DNA of 42,954 nucleotides from an uncultured archaeon (GTDB lineage Archaea > Asgardarchaeota > Lokiarchaeia > Sigyniarchaeales > SOKP01): contig CAYLZE010000037.1 in assembly GCA_964388035.1 (NCBI GenBank), forward strand, positions 1 to 42,954. Direction: 5' to 3'. The notes beneath the pieces were generated by a model that saw only the letters and a program-made list of their open reading frames with translations, searched no databases and was not told the origin of the DNA. The translations under genes and the position numbers were made by a program. The number at the start of each line of letters is the position of its first letter. Within the stretch, counting starts at the first letter, position 1. Below are positions 17,034 through 28,582 of this stretch, piece by piece.

Positions 17034-18222
17034 TATCAAATCCCTCCGTCGCAATTCTAATACATTCATCTTTATCTCTATAGCTCGCATTGCTATAGAA
17101 GCAAGTTTTTGCAGAGTTTGTAGTTACGGGTCTCGGTAAGGCCGTCAGTAAGGGACATAAGTAGGTAAGATGAGCTCCCGATGTATCTAATATAGTTCTA
17201 TAGTCAGAATTTAGAATGGAATCTTTTATCTCTTTATTCGTGCAGATCCAGAAATTGATATTTTGAGCAATCTTTTTCCCCTTCAATTTATTAATTATTT
17301 CAATCACTTCCGGTTTACTGAGCTGGGGACAACCAATTGAAACATTCTTGGGAGCTGAATTCCATTCCGTGCTGTATTTCTCCCTCACATCCTTGATATC
17401 GCTCATGGATATTTCTACTATTTCTTCGGGTTTATCTTCTTGAAAAGCATCCTCCAAAGTTTTTGCCTCAGGCGTTTTCCCAATAACGTGTATCAATGCA
17501 ACAGCTCCCGTAGCGGCGGATGCCGCGCCCAAGTTTTTCAAGTTATCCGTGGAAATATTTTTGAACCCTTCTAATACTGGAATCCGATTTCCTGCTATTT
17601 CACCAATAATCAATCCTGTAGATGTTAAATTAAAAAGGTTTGATTTATCAATATCAGGAGAAAGGCGAAATAACACGTCTCCTTTTCTATTTTCTTTTAT
17701 ATGCAATCCATGATAGGAGGTTTTTCCTAAAATTCCGCAAGCAATATCCATTAATCCTCCTTCCCTGTTAGACCGAGCACCTATTACAGAATTTAAATAA
17801 ATAACAGCAGATGATTCGGACCAAGCACAATGCTCTTCAAATTTTGGAGCATTATCAATGAAATATGGAGTACACGTAAATCCTTTCACCCCGATTTTAT
17901 CCAAATCTTCCATCATCTGATCGTGAAGCGTAAACATGGGATATACCACGCTAAGCTCTTCTCGATAATCCATGTCGATAATAGGATCGGCAGTAGTTCT
18001 CACCTTAACTTTTAACCCTGCTTGGGCAATATCATGTAAAATCTTTGCCGATGCATTCACAAAATTTAATCCAAAATTCAGTACGGTATGCGCGGACCTG
18101 ATTTCAATTAATTTTTCCGCTCCAAAAGAATCTCCCAATTTCACGATTAATTTCATTAATTTTGAGAGCATTTCCCCCTTATTTCCGTTTAAGATATCTT
18201 CCTCTTCCTTGGTTAAAAACAT
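17026..18222 (-). CDS. Aconitase X catalytic subunit, DUF521; likely phosphomevalonate dehydratase large subunit
   Basis: MFLTKEEE..L.G, FTCTPY, AWSESSAVIYLNSVIGARSNREGG, IGCPQLS, LCP and TNSAK. The three Fe-S Cys are present. The substrate is inferred from the archaeal modified mevalonate pathway. Confidence 0.85.
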   Translation of the reverse strand: MFLTKEEEDILNGNKGEMLSKLMKLIVKLGDSFGAEKLIEIRSAHTVLNFGLNFVNASAKILHDIAQAGLKVKVRTTADPIIDMDYREELSVVYPMFTLHDQMMEDLDKIGVKGFTCTPYFIDNAPKFEEHCAWSESSAVIYLNSVIGARSNREGGLMDIACGILGKTSYHGLHIKENRKGDVLFRLSPDIDKSNLFNLTSTGLIIGEIAGNRIPVLEGFKNISTDNLKNLGAASAATGAVALIHVIGKTPEAKTLEDAFQEDKPEEIVEISMSDIKDVREKYSTEWNSAPKNVSIGCPQLSKPEVIEIINKLKGKKIAQNINFWICTNKEIKDSILNSDYRTILDTSGAHLTYLCPLLTALPRPVTTNSAKTCFYSNASYRDKDECIRIATEGFDNE

Positions 18223-18489
18223 TTTTCACACTCTCTAGTTATTACCTTGATTATTACATCTCAATTATGATGATTTCAAATAAAAGTTTTATTGTGTTTT
18301 GAAAACTCGTTAGATACCCTATGATGAATTATTCTCAACGGGATAATAATAAAAATTAAAAAAAAATAATAGTTGTTGTTTCTTATACCTTTTAAAGCCA
18401 ACATGTAAAAAAAATAATTACTATATCAATTGGTATTTGAAATACTAAAGATATTAGTTGATATAAAACGTGATTTGAGGTATTACAAC

Positions 18490-21400
18490 TTGCCGTTAAA
18501 CAAAACGATTAAAAAAGCTTTAGTTTTAGGTTCGGGAGGAATTAAAATCGGTCAAGCAGGAGAATTTGACTACTCGGGCAGTCAAGTGTTAAAAGCTTTA
18601 AATGAAGAGGGGATAGAGACAATTCTTATCAACCCTAACATAGCGACCATTCAAACTGATCCTCACATGAGCTCAAAAGTTTATTTACTGCCCATCAATG
18701 TCAAATACGTGGAAGAAGTCATCAAGAAGGAAAAGCCGGATGGGATCTTATTAGCATTTGGAGGGCAAACTGCCTTAAATGTGGGTGTGGAATTAAAAGA
18801 ATATGGGATCCTTGAGAAACATGGTGTCAAAGTATTAGGCACGCCCATAGAAGCCATAGAAGCCACGGAGGATAGGGATTTGTTTGTAAAAGCCATGCAT
18901 AAAGCTAATGCAAAGGTGTGTCGCAGTAAAGCAGTGAACTCCTATACGGAAGCACTTAAAGTAGCGGAAGATTTTGGGTTTCCCTTGATGATAAGAGTTG
19001 CATATACGTTAGGGGGACAAGGTTCCGGAATTGTTCATAACGCGCAAGAATTTGAAAAAATGGCTAGAAGGGGAATCGCGCAATCCCGGATTAATCAAAT
19101 TTTGATTGAAGAGAGCATACAAGGCTGGAAAGAAATAGAATATGAAGTCGTAAGAGATCAGGCAGATAATTGTTTTATCAATTGTAACATGGAAAATTTT
19201 GACCCGGTAGGTATTCATACGGGAGAATCCATTGTTGCCGCGCCATCACAAACGCTTACCAATGAAGAATATCACATGTTGCGTTCCGCTTCAATTCGGA
19301 TTATCCGAAGTTTGGGAATAATTGGAGAATGTAATATACAATACGGGCTCGATCCAACTTCAAAAGAATTTCGCGTGATCGAAGTAAATGCTCGGCTTTC
19401 CCGCTCCTCTGCCTTGGCGTCGAAGGCTACTGGTTATCCTTTAGCATATATAGCAGCAAAATTGGCTGTAGGTTATAAGCTGCCGGAGTTAAAGAATAAA
19501 ATCACGGGTATTACGACGGCTTGCTTCGAGCCTGCACTGGATTATATCGTATTAAAGATTCCCAGATGGGATCTTACTAAGTTTATACGGGTAGATCGCC
19601 AAATTGGGAGTCAAATGAAATCAGTAGGAGAGGTCATGGCAATCGGAAGGACCTTCGAAGAGGCCCTTCAGAAAGCAATTCGAATGCTGGATATTGGCAT
19701 GAAAGGCTTTGTGGCTAATAATCTACCACCCATCCAGGATATGGATGAATTAAAATACGATTTACGGCATCCCACGGATTTGAGATTATTCCGGATTGCA
19801 GAAGCTATAAAAAAGGGTATTTCAATCGATGAAATTTATCGCTTATCACGCGTGGATAAATGGTTTTTATACAAGCTGAAAAATATTGTCGATGTTGAAT
19901 TCCAATTATTAAATTTAGATTTTTTAGAAACTCCAAGAGAAGAATTAAAATATTGGTTTACTAGAGCAAAACGATTTGGATTCTCGGACGGGCAAATTGC
20001 AAAAATTTTAGGCGTGGATACTATAAAAGTTCGAAATTTAAGGAAGAACTTTAAAATTCTCCCATTCGTGAAGCGAATTGATACACTAGCTGCTGAATGG
20101 CCTGCTACTACTAATTACCTCTATTTAACCTATAGTGCCGAAGAACATGATGTTGATTTTGAGAAAGAACGACAACAAGTAGATTTAAGAAAGGTAATTG
20201 TCCTTGGCAGTGGTACATATCGCATTGGAGCAAGCGTGGAATTTGATTGGGGCTCCGTGAATTGCTTGTGGGGATTAAAAAAATTGGGTATAAATCAAGC
20301 CATCATGATTAACTATAATCCCGAAACAGTCTCGACAGATTATGATATTTCAGATAAATTATATTTTGAAGAATTATCGGGAGAAAGAGTTATAGATATT
20401 TGCGAATATGAAAAAGCAGATGGAATCGTGGTATCTGTTGGGGGACAAATTGCTAATAATCTCGCTTCCAAATTTTATAAGTATTCGGAAGTTTTCAGAA
20501 AATCCAATTTAAACATATTGGGAACCCATGGAAGCAGGATAGATATGGCGGAGGATCGCTCGAAATTTAGCAATTTATTGGACCAACTTGAAATTAAACA
20601 GCCGGAATGGAATGTATTAACGGAAAGTGAGGAAGCTTTAGCATTTGCTAATAGAGTAGGATATCCCGTTCTTGTGAGACCCTCTTACGTATTGAGTGGT
20701 GCGGCAATGCGTGTTTCTTACGATAAGCGCACCCTTCAAGATACTTTAGAACTAGCAGCAGCAGTTTCAAGGGAATATCCCGTAGTAATTTCTAAATTTT
20801 TTACTAATGCCCGAGAAGTAGAATGTGACGGAATCTGTGATGGAAGAAACGTGTTTATCGGGGCGATTGTAGAGCATATCGAGAATGCAGGCATTCATTC
20901 CGGCGATGCTACTATGACAATAGGTCATTACACCATTTCAGAGAAAGTAATTGATACGATTGAGGATTACGCAAAGAAGATTGCGTTAGCATTACAAATT
21001 AAAGGTCCATTTAACGTGCAATTTCTTGTAGAAAATGATGATGTATTTGTAATAGAATGTAATCTACGTTCCAGTCGATCAATGCCGTATGTATCGAAAA
21101 CGCGGGGGATCAATCTCATGAGACTTGCGGCAGAAGTTTTTCTCGGCAAGCAAATCCCCCAAAGATTATTAACTCTACCTTACGGAGAATACGTTTCCGT
21201 GAAAGCACCCATGTTTTCTTTCATGCGCTTAGATAAAGCCGATCCCGTATTGGGAGTGGAAATGGCAAGTACAGGTGAAGTAGCATGCTTAGGGGATACT
21301 TTTTCCGAAGCTTTATTGAAAGCGCTGGAGGCAGCAGAAATGAAAATTCCGATTAATGGAGGAAACGTGCTAATCTCGGTGGGAGGGGAAGAATTGAAAA

Positions 21401-21804
21401 AGAAAGTGATTCCCCTGGCAAAGGTATTAAAATATCTCGGTTTTACTATATTCGCAACGGAAGATACAGCTCAAGCCTTGAAAGAAAGTGGAATTTATGC
21501 CGTAAAACTCTATAAAATACACGAATCGGGAATGGAACCTAACATAATGGGCTGCCTCCAGAATGGCGCCGTTGATTTAGTCATTAACATTCCGCATCCT
21601 ACAACGACCGAAGAAAATTTCAGAACTATCTTGGAAGATGAATATAAAATAAGAAGGCTATCCGTCGATTATAATATTCCCGTATTAGTAAATCTTCAAT
21701 TGGCCGCGGCTGTAATTAATGCAATTGAAAAAATTAGAAGACGATCGTTAGAAATTAAATCCTTGGATGAATATCATGAAGAATTAGAGGAAGTATACTG
21801 GTAA
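18490..21804 (+). CDS. carB: Carbamoyl-phosphate synthase large subunit
   Basis: LGSGGIKIGQAGEFDYSG, NPNIATIQTD, two ATP-grasp domains and a C-terminal MGS domain. Start moved to TTG 18490 (MPLNKTIKK), which is preceded by GAGGT. Confidence 0.97.
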   Translation: MPLNKTIKKALVLGSGGIKIGQAGEFDYSGSQVLKALNEEGIETILINPNIATIQTDPHMSSKVYLLPINVKYVEEVIKKEKPDGILLAFGGQTALNVGVELKEYGILEKHGVKVLGTPIEAIEATEDRDLFVKAMHKANAKVCRSKAVNSYTEALKVAEDFGFPLMIRVAYTLGGQGSGIVHNAQEFEKMARRGIAQSRINQILIEESIQGWKEIEYEVVRDQADNCFINCNMENFDPVGIHTGESIVAAPSQTLTNEEYHMLRSASIRIIRSLGIIGECNIQYGLDPTSKEFRVIEVNARLSRSSALASKATGYPLAYIAAKLAVGYKLPELKNKITGITTACFEPALDYIVLKIPRWDLTKFIRVDRQIGSQMKSVGEVMAIGRTFEEALQKAIRMLDIGMKGFVANNLPPIQDMDELKYDLRHPTDLRLFRIAEAIKKGISIDEIYRLSRVDKWFLYKLKNIVDVEFQLLNLDFLETPREELKYWFTRAKRFGFSDGQIAKILGVDTIKVRNLRKNFKILPFVKRIDTLAAEWPATTNYLYLTYSAEEHDVDFEKERQQVDLRKVIVLGSGTYRIGASVEFDWGSVNCLWGLKKLGINQAIMINYNPETVSTDYDISDKLYFEELSGERVIDICEYEKADGIVVSVGGQIANNLASKFYKYSEVFRKSNLNILGTHGSRIDMAEDRSKFSNLLDQLEIKQPEWNVLTESEEALAFANRVGYPVLVRPSYVLSGAAMRVSYDKRTLQDTLELAAAVSREYPVVISKFFTNAREVECDGICDGRNVFIGAIVEHIENAGIHSGDATMTIGHYTISEKVIDTIEDYAKKIALALQIKGPFNVQFLVENDDVFVIECNLRSSRSMPYVSKTRGINLMRLAAEVFLGKQIPQRLLTLPYGEYVSVKAPMFSFMRLDKADPVLGVEMASTGEVACLGDTFSEALLKALEAAEMKIPINGGNVLISVGGEELKKKVIPLAKVLKYLGFTIFATEDTAQALKESGIYAVKLYKIHESGMEPNIMGCLQNGAVDLVINIPHPTTTEENFRTILEDEYKIRRLSVDYNIPVLVNLQLAAAVINAIEKIRRRSLEIKSLDEYHEELEEVYW

Positions 21805-22711
21805 AAAGTGAAAAATGTTTATTTGACTAATTATATACTTCATCCGTTTGATTTAGTTTAGGTAATAATGGGTTCTTTTAGAATTCCTTTAATATAATCA
21901 TACTAACTTACTTACTTTAAAAGGAGTTATTTTCTTCCTTTTAGATATTCACTAGTTATTATCATGCATGTGATAGTTAAATTAGTTATACCGCACTATC
22001 CTATATTATACAATAACAAATACGTTGTAAATCTAATTTTCCTCTCATCAAGTAAAAAAATCACATATTATTCGAATTATATTTTTAATGGTAATATTAA
22101 ATCTTATTTAACTTCAAAAAATATTCATATTCATTTAAACTACTAAAATTATACTCATCTAGATAAATAAAATAGATTATACATGAATTTAAAATTGAAA
22201 TTAAGCTATTTTAAGCCTTATTTACTTTTTTAATAATTACAACAATACTTACGTTTATTCTACAATTTCTTCAATTGAAGAATATTTTGCTTTTTATAGG
22301 GCTGCTAATTCTGTTTCTACTAAGCAGCGTGAGCTATTACACTTCTCTCAAAGGCGTATCAAAAGATCTCAATAAGCAATTTTTTCCCAAATATAACAAA
22401 ATTCAGTCTATAAATTCTATTTTTAGCAATTAATTTTCCCATCTCAATTTTATTCTTCATCTTTGAATCAATGGAGTTTGTTATGATGTTAGGTTTAGTT
22501 GTTTTATTGAATTTTCTCTCTATTATTATTATTATTATTTAGGAATAGGAAAAATATTAAATGACTCATAAATGAATAATCAGTTTTTTCCCTTGCTCCA
22601 TTGATCATAGTAAATTTCATAATATCTATAAGATCCAGCAAATTTTCAAATTTGATTCATAAGATATAAATGTTTAAGAAAAAAGATAAGTTGGTCTATT
22701 TAAAGAACTCT

Positions 22712-25711
22712 TTAATTAAAATCCCTTCTTAATTCTTCTAAATAATTTTCGAGACTTTCTAAATTATAAAAACTTCTTAAGGGTAGCATCATTTGGCCAC
22801 TTTTCAAATCCCAAGTATCTTCCCAACCTTTTTTTATTGACTCATATATTTTCTCAACGCCTTTATGATAAGGAGGAAATTCCATTGATTTTAAATAGGG
22901 ATCTGCTGATTGCGATCTGAACATGGAAATAGCATAAATATTATTAGAAGATCCTATAAGCAATGTGCGTTTACCTTCAGAATCTAACTTGCCTGCATAT
23001 ACAACAAAAGGTCCAAAGTTATATAAAATCCGATAGAGGAGGGTTGGCAACTGATATTTAAAATCCTTCTGTAAAAATTCCAAATCGAGATTCTTTATGA
23101 TTGATTCCGGAGAGAACCAGCCTTCTACACTGAAGGCTCTAAAACTTACCCATTCATTCTTATCAATTTCCTTGAGAATATTGTAAAGAATTTTATAGCT
23201 TTGCTTTATGGAGTTTTTGTATTTATCAAGAAGGTATTTAAAATTATTGAAATTCTCATGACTCAATTTCGTTAATATAGATTGTGTACTTTTAGATTCG
23301 GGTTCTAATTCTAATGATCTCTGAAGAGATCTGTATCCTTCATCCCATCGTTCAAGATTTAATAAAGCTACTCCTCGAAATAGCCACCCCTCTGGTTCAA
23401 TTGGATGATATTTAACAAATTCATTAGTAATCTCAAGGCTCTCTTCATGTCTCTTAATGTCGTTCAAGGCAAACGACTTCACTTTTAGCGCATGCCAAGC
23501 ATGAGGAATTATTTTTAAAATTTTATCCGACAAATTAATCGATTCATCATGTCTTCGCGCTCTTAAGAGATCTTCAGCTTCAAAAAGTTGTATAAAAAAG
23601 GATTTCATCTTTTTAACTTCTGGAGGGGAGGGGGGAGGATTGTCTAGATCCATAACTTGAGAAGGACTTGTGTCATCAAGATCGATTCCTATTTTCTTAA
23701 ACTCTTCGGGGTCTTTTCCTTCTACAGTAGTTCCCATAGCACCCATTTGTATCATGGGGACTTTACCATCTTGCCATAAGGGAGCACCACAATGAACACA
23801 AAACTTTTGACCGATGGAAACTGGATGATAGCATTTCTTACAAATCAAGCTTTCTCCCCGTTTCCCTTCCTTACCTAAATGCTCCATTTGCTGTGGAGTT
23901 ATCTCTTCTGCACTTTCATTAAACGGATTGCCAATTACCATGAAAGGGCGATTCATACTTTTAAGAGCGGGATTTATGGTTGTTGCTTTTTCCATGGCAA
24001 TTTTTGCTTCTTCTTTTTTACCCAATCGATCCAAAATCAAGGATTTATTATAGTATGCCTTATCGAGTTTAGGATCAAGCTCAATAGCTTTATTAAAGGA
24101 TGTCAATGCTTCATCATCCTTTTTCATTGAGGCTAAAATAGCACCTTTATTTAGATGATTCATAACAGAATCGGGGTCTCTCCTAAGTATATCTTCAGTA
24201 ATTTCAAGCGCTACATCGAATTTCTTTAATTTAGATAATGAGGTGGCCTTATTTGTTAATAATGATATTTCATCCGGAAGTATCTCTAATGCTTTATCAT
24301 AACATTTTATTGCATCTTCGTCCCGACCTAGTCGAGATAAAATTTCACCCTTTCTTAAAGAAGCATCAAAAAAGCTAGGATTAAGTTTGATAGATTCATC
24401 AAAGAAAGCAAGGGATTCTTTTAATTTTCCTACCGAAATATAAGCAACCCCCTTTCTAAAATAATCTAGAAAATCTTTTGGTTCAATATTCAAATAAGTT
24501 GAATCTTCTTGTTGAGGAGATTCCTTTAATTTGCGATTAATAAGCGTGATATTTTTTTTATAGATAGCCTCTCTATAATGCGGTTTGATTTCCAATGCTT
24601 TATCATAATAAAATATGGCTTCCGTTAGTTTATCTTGACAACGGAGTGACTCGCCAACCCAATACAATAATTCAGTAGAATTAGGAAATTTATCTAACGC
24701 TTGTTCAAATACCTTTTGTGCTTTCTTATACTTTTCTGAAAGAAGGATGACTTCACCTTTTCCTTTCCATAGCTCTATTTCATCCGGAAATAGTTTCAAG
24801 GCTTGATCATAATTATTTAAAGATTCTTCAAATTTATCCATAACTTGTAAAACCCTTCCACGCCATAACCAGCCACGAATATTGTTCTCATTCAATTCTA
24901 TTGCTTTCTCAAAGCATTTTAATGCCTCAGTATTATTTCCTAATCTTCCAATTTCAATTCCTTTAATTATCCAAGCATCTGAATCATTCGGTTTCTCTTG
25001 CGTTATATTATCGACTTTGGTTATTATCTCTTTTTGTAATTTTAGATTTTTTAATATCTTTTCTCTAAGATTTTTAAATTCATTAATGTTAGGATTCAAT
25101 TCCAAAGCTTTATTAATGCAATTAAGTGATTCCTGTAAATCATTGCGCAACCCTAATATAAAAGCTTTTCCAGACCAAGCGAAAGCATTATTTGGATTTA
25201 AGGTTAGTGCTTGATTAAAACATTTTAACCCTTTTTCCACTTCACCATGTCTAACATGTGAAGTCCCTTTATCAGTCAAGTATTTTGATTCTTTAGGATT
25301 TAAGGAGATTGCTTTTTCAAAAGACTGTATCGCTTCTTCGTAATTATCTAATAAATCCAGGGACATTGCTTTAATGTGATAAATATCATCAAAGGATGGA
25401 TCTAGTTTTAGAGTTGATTCCGCCAGCTCTAAAGCAGCTTCATATTGTTTTGATTTAAAGAGTCCGTGGGTTATTGATGCCAAATAAGTTGCAGGATTTG
25501 GTAGTAATTTAGCTGCTTGATTGAAATAATTCATGGCTTCTTCAATTTGACCATTATTCATTAGATCCACGCCTTTCTTAGTTAAATCATTGAGCTCATC
25601 CGGTATTTCTAAACTTACTTTCGCATTATTTAAGTCAAATCCGCAAGTAGGACATTTGGTAACAGAAAGTGGTTGGATATTTCCACATTTATCACATTTT
25701 CTTAATATCAT
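22712..25711 (-). CDS. Large TPR-repeat protein with two zinc-ribbon motifs
   Basis: N-terminal CDKC...CPTCG, many TPRs (A...KG..L..LG..EEA...YDKAL.L.P), internal CKKC...FCVHCG and an unassigned ~175-aa C-terminal domain. Confidence 0.9.
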   Translation of the reverse strand: MILRKCDKCGNIQPLSVTKCPTCGFDLNNAKVSLEIPDELNDLTKKGVDLMNNGQIEEAMNYFNQAAKLLPNPATYLASITHGLFKSKQYEAALELAESTLKLDPSFDDIYHIKAMSLDLLDNYEEAIQSFEKAISLNPKESKYLTDKGTSHVRHGEVEKGLKCFNQALTLNPNNAFAWSGKAFILGLRNDLQESLNCINKALELNPNINEFKNLREKILKNLKLQKEIITKVDNITQEKPNDSDAWIIKGIEIGRLGNNTEALKCFEKAIELNENNIRGWLWRGRVLQVMDKFEESLNNYDQALKLFPDEIELWKGKGEVILLSEKYKKAQKVFEQALDKFPNSTELLYWVGESLRCQDKLTEAIFYYDKALEIKPHYREAIYKKNITLINRKLKESPQQEDSTYLNIEPKDFLDYFRKGVAYISVGKLKESLAFFDESIKLNPSFFDASLRKGEILSRLGRDEDAIKCYDKALEILPDEISLLTNKATSLSKLKKFDVALEITEDILRRDPDSVMNHLNKGAILASMKKDDEALTSFNKAIELDPKLDKAYYNKSLILDRLGKKEEAKIAMEKATTINPALKSMNRPFMVIGNPFNESAEEITPQQMEHLGKEGKRGESLICKKCYHPVSIGQKFCVHCGAPLWQDGKVPMIQMGAMGTTVEGKDPEEFKKIGIDLDDTSPSQVMDLDNPPPSPPEVKKMKSFFIQLFEAEDLLRARRHDESINLSDKILKIIPHAWHALKVKSFALNDIKRHEESLEITNEFVKYHPIEPEGWLFRGVALLNLERWDEGYRSLQRSLELEPESKSTQSILTKLSHENFNNFKYLLDKYKNSIKQSYKILYNILKEIDKNEWVSFRAFSVEGWFSPESIIKNLDLEFLQKDFKYQLPTLLYRILYNFGPFVVYAGKLDSEGKRTLLIGSSNNIYAISMFRSQSADPYLKSMEFPPYHKGVEKIYESIKKGWEDTWDLKSGQMMLPLRSFYNLESLENYLEELRRDFN

Positions 25712-25943
25712 GATTTTTATTTTTGCCGATATGAGACCTATAATAATAGTTTATATTAAAATATTTAAGGTTTTGTTATAGTGTCTACCTTAAATGTATT
25801 CAAACTGTTTTCTAAATCAAGCTCTCTTGAGCTCCATACAATTGAATATACCCATTAGGAAAGTAAATGAATACGGATGCTTTTTCAATTAAACAAAACT
25901 TTAAATATAAACGATAAGATTATTAACTTAATTAAATCACTTT

Positions 25944-26855
25944 ATGACAGAAATAATGGTTGACAAACATCCCGCTATTCAATACATTGAGGATTTTTCA
26001 AAAAAATGTAATAAATTTTTAGAAGCTCTTGATCAACACTTCCCATTAGCTAAATATCTTCAATTTTATAGCATTATATACGATTTATTAACAAGCGAGG
26101 AACTTCCCCAGAAGAAATGTTCCTTATTTTTCTATAGAAATAAAGAATGTGGATTTTTAGTAGATAATTATATCTCAAATTCATTTGAACAAAATTTAGG
26201 ACTAGAAATCAATTCAATTGTTGATGTTTCGCTTAGAGAATACACGGAGATCCATTCATGTATATGGACTATCCTTTTTTATACTTCCCCATTATTATCG
26301 GGAACTATCTTAATGACAATTGGAGACAAATTAGATCCCTTAGTTTTAGGAGCTAAACTATTTCGACTATTTGATGTTGAAGAAATAAATAAAAGTAATT
26401 GTCCGACGAAGTATAATTTTAAATCAGCTTGGAATAAGGAGGAACAATTGAAAATTGCAATTAAGCGATGTGAATCTCTTTGGAATAATGAAGAATTATT
26501 CCTCTTGGAGCCTAGTTTTTTAACAATGGAACAAGCTGACTATGAAATAGAATATTTTGGAAGACATATGTTTTCAATGGTTGGTCAAGTGGCTAAGGAT
26601 ATAGCCAAAAGAGATGGAGTAAAATTTGAAGAAATGCCAGACTTATTGGCACAACCACTTTATCAGCACGGTAAATTGAATAATTTAGGGCAGATTTACA
26701 AAGTTCAGAGAGATATATTTAAAATGGCTTGGTTAAAGGTTTTCAAACCTAAATTTGAGCAATTATCAATGGAAATTGATTCTTCAGTGGATAATAAATC
26801 ACTTGCTAACATAAAAATACTTGATTTGACGAGCTCTAAATATTTAGTATCTTGA
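25944..26855 (+). CDS. Hypothetical protein
   Basis: 303-aa ORF in AT-rich DNA with a TATA-like element upstream. No recognisable motif. Confidence 0.65.
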   Translation: MTEIMVDKHPAIQYIEDFSKKCNKFLEALDQHFPLAKYLQFYSIIYDLLTSEELPQKKCSLFFYRNKECGFLVDNYISNSFEQNLGLEINSIVDVSLREYTEIHSCIWTILFYTSPLLSGTILMTIGDKLDPLVLGAKLFRLFDVEEINKSNCPTKYNFKSAWNKEEQLKIAIKRCESLWNNEELFLLEPSFLTMEQADYEIEYFGRHMFSMVGQVAKDIAKRDGVKFEEMPDLLAQPLYQHGKLNNLGQIYKVQRDIFKMAWLKVFKPKFEQLSMEIDSSVDNKSLANIKILDLTSSKYLVS

Positions 26856-26929
26856 TCTTATTGCAATCTTACGTCCTAGATGCTTTTAAAGTAGAATTCA
26901 ATAAAACTGAAATTATTCTTAAAAAGATT

Positions 26930-28381
26930 TTACGCTTGTGTTGCAAATTTTTCATTTGTAATACGATGGCGTGGTATTTTATAACCTTCAGGAAAAGGAC
27001 TTTTATAACTTTTCCCTTTCATATCTATTTCGAATTCTTCACGCGCTTTTTTTACTAATTCTGGATCATTCATGAAATCTAAGGCAGAATATGCCAGTAC
27101 TTTTGCAGCTGCCAGCATTCCTTTATGACCAATGCTCATTCCTGTCGTTGCAACATTTTGCCAAGTATGCCCCAATGCTCCAATTACATAACAAGTCATT
27201 ACAAATTGACCTAACGGGGTCACCCAAGTGACATCCCCTACATCGGTAGAACCAGGAGCTACCTTATTTTTATCAAAATCCGCCATTATTACGGGAAAGA
27301 GAGATTGGCTGAATACTTGAGTTGCCATGGCTTTAAACTTTTCTGGTACTAAACTCATTATACCGTCTACTGCATTTGAAGGTAAAGTCTCCTTCAATTT
27401 ATGAGCATACTCTTGTTCTTCCTTATTAAATCTTGGTGCTCCAACTTTTTGCATGTTTTCGTGGAGATTTTTGCAGACCACCACATTATGAATGGGATTA
27501 TATAAACCCCCTAAGAAATTAATTTCGAATGTAGTTTCGGTCATTAAGGTCGCTCCTTCCGCAATTTTTACTAGCCTATTATAAATCTCTTCTACTTGAT
27601 GCCTTTCTGGCGCGCGCACGAAATAATACACTTCTGCTTCTTCGGGGACTACATTGGGTGCACTGCCTCCATTAGTAATGACATAGTGAATTCTGGCGTC
27701 AGGAATGATATGCTCTCGCATGTAGTTTGCTCCCACGTTCATTAATTCGACGGCGTCTAATGCACTTCTCCCATTAAAAGGATCCGCCGCAGCATGAGCC
27801 GTTCTGCCGTGAAATCTAAAAATCACCGAATTTAAAGCTAGCGTGGAGCTTAGCATCACGGCATTCAAGTAACAAGGATGCCATGTTAAGCAGATGTCCA
27901 CATCCTCAAAAACATGTCCCGGATCGATCATGTATCCCTTGCTGTTAAAGGACTCCTCCGCGGGGCATCCATAATAACGAATCGTTCCCCTCACCTCCCC
28001 CGCGTCAATTGCCTCTTTTACAGCCAAAACTGCCGCTAAAGAACCAATTCCTAATAAATTATGACCACATCCATGTCCCGGTGCTCCTTCTTTTAATGGC
28101 TTCCGAAAAGGCTCTTTGGCTTGACTCATCCCTGGTAGGGCATCATATTCTCCTAGAATTCCGATTACTGGCTTTTCATTACCATAACTTGCAACAATAG
28201 CTGTTTCTAAATCCTTTATTCCTAAAGTCACTTCAAAACCTGCGGCTTCTAATTCTTCAGAAATCAATTTGGAAGATTTATATTCTTGCAAACCCGTTTC
28301 TGCAAACGTCCAGATTAGATCACTAAGCGAGGTGAATTTTTCTCCTTTACTTTTTATCCATTTACCATACTTTTTCCACAT
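26930..28381 (-). CDS. M20 amidohydrolase, p-aminobenzoyl-glutamate hydrolase subunit B (AbgB)-like
   Basis: GEYDALPG, GHGCGHNLLG, GCPAEE, TWHP, GRSALDAVELMNVGANYMREH, PNVVP, GSTDVGDV. The start is probably ATG 28381 (MWKKYG). Confidence 0.9.
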   Translation of the reverse strand: MWKKYGKWIKSKGEKFTSLSDLIWTFAETGLQEYKSSKLISEELEAAGFEVTLGIKDLETAIVASYGNEKPVIGILGEYDALPGMSQAKEPFRKPLKEGAPGHGCGHNLLGIGSLAAVLAVKEAIDAGEVRGTIRYYGCPAEESFNSKGYMIDPGHVFEDVDICLTWHPCYLNAVMLSSTLALNSVIFRFHGRTAHAAADPFNGRSALDAVELMNVGANYMREHIIPDARIHYVITNGGSAPNVVPEEAEVYYFVRAPERHQVEEIYNRLVKIAEGATLMTETTFEINFLGGLYNPIHNVVVCKNLHENMQKVGAPRFNKEEQEYAHKLKETLPSNAVDGIMSLVPEKFKAMATQVFSQSLFPVIMADFDKNKVAPGSTDVGDVTWVTPLGQFVMTCYVIGALGHTWQNVATTGMSIGHKGMLAAAKVLAYSALDFMNDPELVKKAREEFEIDMKGKSYKSPFPEGYKIPRHRITNEKFATQA

Positions 28382-28582
28382 GATAACAATTACTTCAAAA
28401 CTTTCTTTATTGAATAATATTTGCTGAATTGCTAAATAAACATTACTCAAAAGATATATTTTCTTCTTATAATGAAGAAATCGTGCTGATTTTCTTTCAT
28501 TAATGATATACTATTGGAAAAATATTTTTAATCTTAATGCTAAATGTATTTATTAATAATAATAATTCTGGTGCGGATTTGT

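Noticed and set aside
22521-22539. (TAT)n microsatellite
   Set aside because: Short and expected in very AT-rich intergenic DNA.
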